Source: Eledone cirrhosa (taxonomy: Eukaryota). From it: a stretch of 64,000 nucleotides of DNA. Shown here piece by piece: positions 54,277-64,000 of this stretch. Where the stretch lies: contig OZ024742.1 in NCBI GenBank assembly GCA_964016885.1, positions 255,378,001-255,442,000 of the forward strand, written 5' to 3'. The stretch's first letter is position 1; each line of letters starts with the position of its first letter. The notes beneath the pieces were generated by a model. That model was not told the origin of the DNA. It saw only the letters and a list, made by a program, of their open reading frames with translations, and ran no database searches. Made by a program: the position numbers and the translations under genes.

Positions 54277-57200
54277 TCTACTTATATATATAACCAGCAA
54301 TTTCTCTGTCTGTCTGTTCGACAGTGGAAACACGTGCGTAGAGAGAGAGTGAGAGTGAAAGACAGAGACAGACTACGAGAGGGGGATAGCCGGAGGGAGA
54401 GAGTGAATAGACGCTAAAACACGTGCTACAGAAATATTACCTTCCTCTCTCCACTGACTTTGGTCACTGAGGCCGAGGGAATCGCTGGTTGCTATAGAGA
54501 CACCTTGCACAAGCCAGAAGTAACCAGTTCGAGGCAGTTCTGACTTGACACCATGCGAAGAAGGTTGCCATTGATTTTGTGGTTGTTGCTGCTGATAATA
54601 AGGACCATTTGAAGAAGGTTGCCATTGAATTTGTGGTTTGAAGAAGGTTGCCATTGAATTTGTGGTTGTTGCTGCTGATAATAAGGACCATTTGAAGAAG
54701 GTTGCTGCTGATGAGGTAATTTATTAATCAGATTGCGCAGTTCCATAACCTACGTTTGATTTGTTCAATTTTTTTCTTCAATTTTTTTTTTTTTTTTAAA
54801 TTTCTTATTTAAAAAATATAAATAATAAAATAAGGTTAGAAATTTAAATACAATTAAATACGATTTAATTTCCATTTCCAGCAGCCAATGTCCAGTGTTC
54901 AATTTCATGAAAAAAATGGAAATAATTCAAAAAATTGAAGTTTAACTTTTGAACATTTGTTTTGACAATAAAAAAATATTTCCTTAATCACACCTAATGG
55001 TATGATTAAAATTTCATAGGAACATTTTTTTCTAACCGCCAGTTATTTATTTTCTCCTTTTTGGTTTTAACATATATTTATTTCAAAGATTTCACCATAT
55101 AGATAACATATATATTTATACATGCATAAAAGACACACCGAGAGACGGTGAACATGTGGTGCCGAAAACATTTCTCATCCAATCACAACAATATCAGTAT
55201 ATACACTAGATTTGCTAGCAGAAAACCGCCCACTGGGTGGTTTTCTGCTAGTCTACTTATATATATAACCAGCAATTTCTCTGTCTGTCTGTCCGACAGT
55301 GGAAACACGTGCGTAGAGACAGAGTGAGAGTGAAAGAAAGAGACAGACTACGAGAGGGGGATAGCGGGAGGGAGAGAGGGAGAGAGAGAGAGTGAATAGA
55401 CGCTAAAACACGTGCTACAGAAACATTACCTTCCCCTTTCCACTGACTTTGGTCACTGAGGCCGAGGGAATCGCTGGTTGCTATAGAGACACCTTGCATA
55501 AACCAGAAGTAACCAGTTTGAGGTGGTTCTGACTTGACACCATGCGAAGAAGGTTGCCATTGAATTTGTGGTTGTTGCTGCTGATAATAAGGACCATTTG
55601 AAGAAGGTTGCTGCTGATGAGGTAATTTATTAATCAGATTGCGCAGTTCCATAACCTACGTTTGATTTGTTCAATTTTTTTCTTCAATTTTTGTTGTTGT
55701 TTTTTTTTATTTCTTATTGAAAAAATATAAATAATAAAATAAGGTTAGAAATTTAAATACAATTAAATACGATTTAATTTCCATTTCCAGCAGCCAATGT
55801 CCAGTGTTCAATTTCATGAAAAAATTGGAAATAATTCAAAAAATTGAAGTTTAACTTTTGAACATCTGTTTTGACAATAAAAAAATATTTCCTTAATCAC
55901 ACCTAATGGTATGATTAAAATTTCATAGGAACATTTTTTTCTAACCGCCAGTTATTTATTTTCTCCTTTTTCGTTTTAACATATATTTATTTCAAAGATT
56001 TCAGCATATAGATAACATATATATTTATACATGCATAAAAGACACACCGAGAGACGGTGAACATGTGGTGCCGAAAACATTTCTCATCCAAATCACAACA
56101 ATATCAGTATATACACTAGATTTGCTAGCAGAAAACCGCCCACCGGGTGGTTTTCTGCTAGTCTACTTATATATATAACCAGCAATTTCTCTATCTGTCT
56201 GTCCGACAGTGGAAACACGTGCGTAGAGAGAGAGTGAGAGTGAAAGAAAGAGACAGACTACGAGAGGGGGATAGCGGGAGGGAGAGAGGGAGAGAGAGAG
56301 AGTGAATAGACGCTAAAACACGTGCTACAGAAACATTACCTTCCCCTTTCCACTGACTTTGGTCACTGAGGCCGAGGGAATCGCTGGTTGCTATAGAGAC
56401 ACCTTGCATAAACCAGAAGTAACCAGTTCGAGGTGGTTCTGACTTGACACCATGCGAAGAAGGTTGCCATTGAATTTGTGGTTGTTGCTGCTGATAATAA
56501 GGACCATTTGAAGAAGGTTGCTGCTGATGAGGTAATTTATTAATCAGATTGCGCAGTTCCATAACCTACGTTTGATTTGTTCAATTTTTTTCTTCAATTT
56601 TTGTTGTTGTTTTTTTTAATTTCTTATTGAAAAAATATAAATAATAAAATAAGGTTAGAAATTTAAATACAATTAAATACGATTTAATTTCCATTTCCAG
56701 CAGCCAATGTCCAGTGTTCAATTTCATGAAAAAATTGGAAATAATTCCAAAAATTGAAGTTTAACTTTTGAACATTTGTTTTGACAATAAAAAAATATTT
56801 CCTTAATCACACCTAATGGTATGATTAAAATTTCATAGGAACATTTTTTTCTAACCGCCAGTTATTTATTTTCTCCTTTTTCGTTTTAACATATATTTAT
56901 TTCAAAGATTTCACCATATAGATAACATATATATTTATACATGCATTAAAGACACACCGAGAGACGGTGAACATGTGGTGCCGAAAACATTTCTCATCCA
57001 AATCACAACAATATCAGTATATACACTAGATTTGCTAGCAGAAAACCGCCCACCGGGTGGTTTTCTGCTAGTCTACTTATATATATAACCAGCAATTTCT
57101 CTGTCTGTCTGTCCGACAGTGGAAACACGTGCGTAGAGAGAGAGTGAGAGTGAAAGAAAGAGACAGACTACGAGAGGGGGATAGCGGGAGGGAGAGAGGG

Positions 57201-60200
57201 AGAGAGAGAGAGTGAATAGACGCTAAAACACGTGCTACAGAAACATTACCTTCCCCTTTCCACTGACTTTGGTCACTGAGGCCGAGGGAATCGCTGGTTG
57301 CTATAGAGACACCTTGCATAAACCAGAAGTAACCAGTTCGAGGTGGTTCTGACTTGACACCATGCGAAGAAGGTTGCCATTGAATTTGTCGTTGTTGCTG
57401 CTGATAATAAGGACCATTTGAAGAAGGTTGCTGTTGATGAGGTAATTTATTAATCAGATTGCGCAGTTCCATAACCTACGTTTGATTTGTTCAATTTTTT
57501 TCTTCAATTTTTGTTGTTTTTTTTTATTTCTTATTGAAAAAATATAAATAATAAAATAAGGTTAGAAATTTAAATACAATTAAATACGATTTAATTTCCA
57601 TTTCCAGCAGCCAATGTCCAGTGTTCAAATTCATGAAAAAATTGGAAATAATTCAAAAAATTGAAGCTTAACTTTTGAACATTTGTTTTGACAATAAAAA
57701 AATATCTCCTTATTCACACCTAATGGTATGATTAAAATTTCATAGGAATATTTTTTCTAACCGCCAGTTATTTATTTTCTCCTTTTTCGTTTTAACATAT
57801 ATTTATTTCAAAGATTTCACCGTATAGATAACATATATATTTATACATGCATAAAAGACACACCGAGAGACAGTGAACATGTGGTGCCGAAAACATTTCT
57901 CATCCAAATCTCAACAATATCAGTATATACACTAGATTTGCTAGCAGAAAACCGCCCACTGGGTGGTTTTCTGCTAGTCTACTTATATATATAACCAGCA
58001 ATTTCTCTGTCTGTCTGTCCGACAGTGGAAACACGTGCGTAGAGACAGAGTGAGAGTGAAAGAAAGAGACAGACTACGAGAGGGGGATAGCGGGAGGGAG
58101 AGAGGGAGAGAGAGAGAGTGAATAGACGCTAAAACACGTGCTACAGAAACATTACCTTCCCCTTTCCACTGACTTTGGTCACTGAGGCCGAGGGAATCGC
58201 TGGTTGCTATAGAGACACCTTGCATAAACCAGAAGTAACCAGTTTGAGGTGGTTCTGACTTGACACCATGCGAAGAAGGTTGCCATTGAATTTGTGGTTG
58301 TTGCTGCTGATAATAAGGACCATTTGAAGAAGGTTGCTGCTGATGAGGTAATTTATTAATCAGATTGCGCAGTTCCATAACCTACGTTTGATTTGTTCAA
58401 TTTTTTTCTTCAATTTTTGTTGTTGTTTTTTTTTATTTCTTATTGAAAAAATATAAATAATAAAATAAGGTTAGAAATTTAAATACAATTAAATACGATT
58501 TAATTTCCATTTCCAGCAGCCAATGTCCAGTGTTCAATTTCATGAAAAAATTGGAAATAATTCAAAAAATTGAAGTTTAACTTTTGAACATCTGTTTTGA
58601 CAATAAAAAAATATTTCCTTAATCACACCTAATGGTATGATTAAAATTTCATAGGAACATTTTTTTCTAACCGCCAGTTATTTATTTTCTCCTTTTTCGT
58701 TTTAACATATATTTATTTCAAAGATTTCAGCATATAGATAACATATATATTTATACATGCATAAAAGACACACCGAGAGACGGTGAACATGTGGTGCCGA
58801 AAACATTTCTCATCCAAATCACAACAATATCAGTATATACACTAGATTTGCTAGCAGAAAACCGCCCACCGGGTGGTTTTCTGCTAGTCTACTTATATAT
58901 ATAACCAGCAATTTCTCTGTCTGTCTGTCCGACAGTGGAAACACGTGCGTAGAGAGAGAGTGAGAGTGAAAGAAAGAGACAGACTACGAGAGGGGGATAG
59001 CGGGAGGGAGAGAGGGAGAGAGAGAGAGTGAATAGACGCTAAAACACGTGCTACAGAAACATTACCTTCCCCTTTCCACTGACTTTGGTCACTGAGGCCG
59101 AGGGAATCGCTGGTTGCTATAGAGACACCTTGCATAAACCAGAAGTAACCAGTTCGAGGTGGTTCTGACTTGACACCATGCGAAGAAGGTTGCCATTGAA
59201 TTTGTGGTTGTTGCTGCTGATAATAAGGACCATTTGAAGAAGGTTGCTGCTGATGAGGTAATTTATTAATCAGATTGCGCAGTTCCATAACCTACGTTTG
59301 ATTTGTTCAATTTTTTTCTTCAATTTTTGTTGTTGTTTTTTTTAATTTCTTATTGAAAAAATATAAATAATAAAATAAGGTTAGAAATTTAAATACAATT
59401 AAATACGATTTAATTTCCATTTCCAGCAGCCAATGTCCAGTGTTCAATTTCATGAAAAAATTGGAAATAATTCCAAAAATTGAAGTTTAACTTTTGAACA
59501 TTTGTTTTGACAATAAAAAAATATTTCCTTAATCACACCTAATGGTATGATTAAAATTTCATAGGAACATTTTTTTCTAACCGCCAGTTATTTATTTTCT
59601 CCTTTTTCGTTTTAACATATATTTATTTCAAAGATTTCACCATATAGATAACATATATATTTATACATGCATTAAAGACACACCGAGAGACGGTGAACAT
59701 GTGGTGCCGAAAACATTTCTCATCCAAATCACAACAATATCAGTATATACACTAGATTTGCTAGCAGAAAACCGCCCACCGGGTGGTTTTCTGCTAGTCT
59801 ACTTATATATATAACCAGCAATTTCTCTGTCTGTCTGTCCGACAGTGGAAACACGTGCGTAGAGAGAGAGTGAGAGTGAAAGAAAGAGACAGACTACGAG
59901 AGGGGGATAGCGGGAGGGAGAGAGGGAGAGAGAGAGAGTGAATAGACGCTAAAACACGTGCTACAGAAACATTACCTTCCCCTTTCCACTGACTTTGGTC
60001 ACTGAGGCCGAGGGAATCGCTGGTTGCTATAGAGACACCTTGCATAAACCAGAAGTAACCAGTTCGAGGTGGTTCTGACTTGACACCATGCGAAGAAGGT
60101 TGCCATTGAATTTGTCGTTGTTGCTGCTGATAATAAGGACCATTTGAAGAAGGTTGCTGTTGATGAGGTAATTTATTAATCAGATTGCGCAGTTCCATAA

Positions 60201-61685
60201 CCTACGTTTGATTTGTTCAATTTTTTTCTTCAATTTTTGTTGTTTTTTTTTATTTCTTATTGAAAAAATATAAATAATAAAATAAGGTTAGAAATTTAAA
60301 TACAATTAAATACGATTTAATTTCCATTTCCAGCAGCCAATGTCCAGTGTTCAAATTCATGAAAAAATTGGAAATAATTCAAAAAATTGAAGCTTAACTT
60401 TTGAACATTTGTTTTGACAATAAAAAAATATCTCCTTATTCACACCTAATGGTATGATTAAAATTTCATAGGAATATTTTTTCTAACCGCCAGTTATTTA
60501 TTTTCTCCTTTTTCGTTTTAACATATATTTATTTCAAAGATTTCACCGTATAGATAACATATATATTTATACATGCATAAAAGACACACCGAGAGACAGT
60601 GAACATGTGGTGCCGAAAACATTTCTCATCCAAATCTCAACAATATCAGTACATACACTAGATTTGCTAGCAGAAAACCGCCCACCGGGTGGTTTTCTGC
60701 TAGTCTACTTATATATATAACAAGCAATTTCTCTGTCTGTCTGTTCGACAGTGGAAACACGTACGTAGAGAGAGAGTGAGAGTGAAAGAAAGAGACAGAC
60801 TACGAGAGGGGGATAGCGGGAGGGAGAAAGTGAGAGTGAATAGACGCTAAAACACGTGCTACAGAAACATTACCTTCCCCTTTCCACTGAGTTTGGTCAC
60901 TGAGGCCGAGGGAATCGCTGGTTGCTATAGAGACACCTTGCATAAGCCAGAAGTAACCAGTTCGAGGCGGTTCTGACTTGACACCATGCGAAGAAGGTTG
61001 CCATTGAATTTGTGGTTGTTGCTGCTGATAATAAGGACCATTTGAAGAAGGTTGCCATTGAATTTGTGGTTTGAAGCAGGTTGTCATTGAATTTGTGGTT
61101 GTTGCTGCTGATAATAAGGATCATTTGAAGAAGGTTGCTGCTGATGAGGTAATTTATTAATCAGATTGCGCAGTTCTATAACCTACGTTTGATTTGTTCA
61201 ATTTTTTTCTTCAATTTTTGTTGTTGTTTTTTTATTTCTTATTGAAAAAATATAAATAATAAAATAAGGTTAGAAATTTAAATACAATTAAATGCGATTT
61301 AATTTCCATTTCCAGCAGCCAATGTCCAGTGTTCAATTTCATGAAAAAATTGGAAATAATTCAAAAAATTGAAGTTTAACTTTTGAACATTTGTTTTGAC
61401 AATAAAAAAATATTTCCTTATTCACACCTAATGGTATGATTAAAATTTCATAGGAATATTTTTTCTAACCGCCAGTTATTTGTTTTCTCCTTTTTAGTTT
61501 TAACATATATTTATTTCAAAGATTTCACCGTATAGATAACATATATATTTATACATGCATAAAAGATACACCGAGAGACGGTGAACATGTGGTGCCGAAA
61601 ACATTTCTCATCCAAATCTCAACAATATCAGTATATACACTAGATTTGCTTGCAGAAAACCGCCCACCGGGTGGTTTTCTGCTAG
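54277..61685 (+). mobile_element. Tandem array of 8 non-autonomous Helitron-like units (975, 910, 910, 906, 910, 910, 906, 982 bp)
   Basis: Each unit starts TCTACTTATATATATAA and ends with hairpin CCGCCC ACY GGGTGG plus CTAG (ends 55251, 56161, 57071, 57977, 58887, 59797, 60703, 61685); first unit preceded by A. Confidence 0.88.
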
Positions 61686-62596
61686 TCTATATATATAAAT
61701 CTGAGGTTGTCTGTCTGTCTGTCTATATCTATCTGTCTGTCTGTCTGTCTACTAAAACGGTCGGCACACATCTCCTCTTAAACCGTACGTTCAAATTTCG
61801 GTGAAATTGCTGCACTTATAGATGAAGGTCCGGCGGAGACATCGGTCAAAAAAACTTTCAAATCGACCCACGCCAAGTGCAAAAATCGAATTTGTAATGT
61901 ATTGATTTTTCAGTTCAAATGTATAAATAGAGATGAGAAACGAGTTATTTCCCTTTTATGGCGTCATTTGTTTATCTATTTACGCTACGAATAAACTACG
62001 TGTACAAAAATACGCAAACAGTTTTCGGGCCAGCAAAATTTTAACCTGCAAAACTCACGAGTTCCAAGTTTCAACATTAAGCTTCCATTTTGCTTCATTT
62101 CCATTAAAAAGTCTTTTAAAACAATATTTCAGCGAATCAGCTTCGTTATCACCCGAGGCAACGCTGCGAGTGTGCTGGCTTGCCTCAAAATTAGAGAGGT
62201 TGCCCAGAACTCGCGACGTTGCTGATTTTTGGTCTGGTGTTGGCTCCTTTGTTCACCCCTTCCTTTGTATTTTCTTTAATATTGTAGTTTATGTATATAT
62301 TTAAAATATATTTGTTATGCTATTCTACTGTAAATTTATTTATATAGTCTGTTTATACCCTCAAAAATCTATGAAACTACATACATGTTGCAACTCTCTC
62401 TCTATATATATATCACACACACAAATATACATATACATCTAAAGAGAGAGAGGGAGATGTAGAGAGAGAGAGAGAGTGGGATAGGTCGTTATACAGAGAG
62501 AGGTACAAGATAATCAGATAGAGAGACAGAGAGAGAGAGAATAGCGACGAACGCTGGTTCACACACACACACATACACACAAACACATATATATAA

Positions 62597-62629
<33 letters not shown>

Positions 62630-62664
62630 TCTGCGCGTTCTTTATTGTTCTCCATTCTGTAGGA

Positions 62665-62728
<64 letters not shown>

Positions 62729-62783
62729 CGTTCTTTATTGTTCTCCATTCTGTAGGAGGAAGAGAGAGAGAGTGGGTATGAGT

Positions 62784-62816
<33 letters not shown>

Positions 62817-63885
62817 GGTATGAGAAAAAAGGAGAGGGGTTGAGAAAGAAAGAAAGTTTAAGCAAAGAATCGCTGCTTTCAACATTCACGGATCTTCTTA
62901 AACTAATAAATTCTATCTGTGAACGCAGAATTAAATATTTCGAGAAACGTTGCAACCGAAGGAAAACAGGAAGACGATATTTTGGTTTGTGAAGGCGTTC
63001 CCTGGTAATGAATGGAAAAAAAAGCGAGGATAATACGTCGTTATGTGGACCGAAAGAACAATTTCATGCAAAGACAAGACCAAGTTTATGGTGTAAATGG
63101 AGTCGTTAGATTAATGTTTTATTTAAAATAACCGAATGATTTCCAGCCCCAGAGTTTAAGAATGATGTAAATAAAATTGTAAACGAAAATGACAGAGGTT
63201 ATTAAAATAGTTTCTTCTACTTTTGGCACAAGGCCAGCAATTAACCAGTACATTACTGGTACTTTATTTTATCGACCCCGTAAGGATGAAAGCAAAGTTA
63301 ACTTCGACGGGATTTTAAGTTTGCCTTAAAATAGTAAAAGTAAATAGTGAAGATTTAGGCCAGTACATACCTATGCGCCGACGGACATATACATTCATAT
63401 ACATACGCACACACAAATACATATGCACACACAAATACACACGCACACACACACGCGCGCGTGTGCGTGTAAAGCTTATGCATTTCTACAGTATTTTCAC
63501 AAAACTTCAGTACTCCGGATGGTCATGGGCACTTTCATTTTTCCAGATATTGATTATAAGGCTTCCCGGCAGATAACCCCCTTTAACCACCTCCTTGGAG
63601 TCGAATGAAGCACTGCAATGCAATGCAACAAAACGTCATAACTTCTGGAGTTCGCAACCGATTTTCACAAAACTTGACACATGGGCTACGTTTGTTCTAC
63701 AGATGAATGTGAACTCTCGGAATTGGCACATATTGAGTAAGAAACCCCTGGGGGCAGGAACCACCTTTTGGAAAAAGCCGATGATTTTGTAAAAGTATAG
63801 TTTTCCAAGCAGCACTGAAGTATTGACATACATGGTATACATAACTGGTATTTAATACCCGAGCAACGCCGGGTACCTCAGCTAG
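61686..63885 (+). mobile_element. 2.2-kb non-autonomous Helitron of a different family, with a nested SINE
   Basis: 5' TCTATATATATAAA plus (CTGT)n; 3' CCCGAGCAACGCCGGG-TACCTCAG-CTAG followed by T. Confidence 0.88.
63212..63316 (-). mobile_element. Truncated SINE (4280 family) inside the Helitron
   Basis: Matches 16548-16650. Confidence 0.85.
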
Positions 63886-64000
63886 TATTCTATATATCTT
63901 CCTCTCTTTATATTTCTATCTATAATAATTTCTCCTTTTCTTCTTCTTTCTCTTTTTCTTTTTCTTTTTCCTTCTTCTTTGTCCTTCCTTTCCTTTCTTT

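Noticed and set aside
54708-54745. CTGATGAG in each Helitron unit as an HHR
   Set aside because: No stem II-GAAA-UH arrangement; it is the reverse of the PHQQQ codons
54277-61685. Array as a tandem host gene cluster (snRNA, 5S or histone)
   Set aside because: No recognisable RNA-gene or histone sequence; unit boundaries match Helitron termini

Overview
Repeat-dominated, AT-rich eukaryotic DNA. The (TA)n/(CA)n/(GA)n density and SINE families suggest a cephalopod such as octopus (inference). I see no intact host gene, and nearly all listed ORFs are microsatellite read-throughs. Contents: a 44-bp minisatellite; many tRNA-derived SINEs; at least four Penelope-like element (PLE) remnants with RT and/or GIY-YIG; RTE, CRE-like and R4/Dong-like LINE 3' fragments; two head-to-tail Tx1/L1-like LINEs in (TTA)n; and a 9.6-kb composite non-autonomous Helitron tract (8 x ~910-bp units with a trimer higher-order repeat, plus a different 2.2-kb Helitron). 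The main result from reading by eye is about 15 type I hammerhead-ribozyme (HHR) motifs, of which about 7 have canonical cores and the rest are variant or partial. They lie at PLE 3' ends, in fold-back inverted repeats beside (TA)n, and in two ORF-less units with terminal direct repeats (321 and 541 nt) that look like retrozymes. Several fold-back junctions map onto HHR helices. All folds were assigned by eye and need computational and biochemical confirmation.
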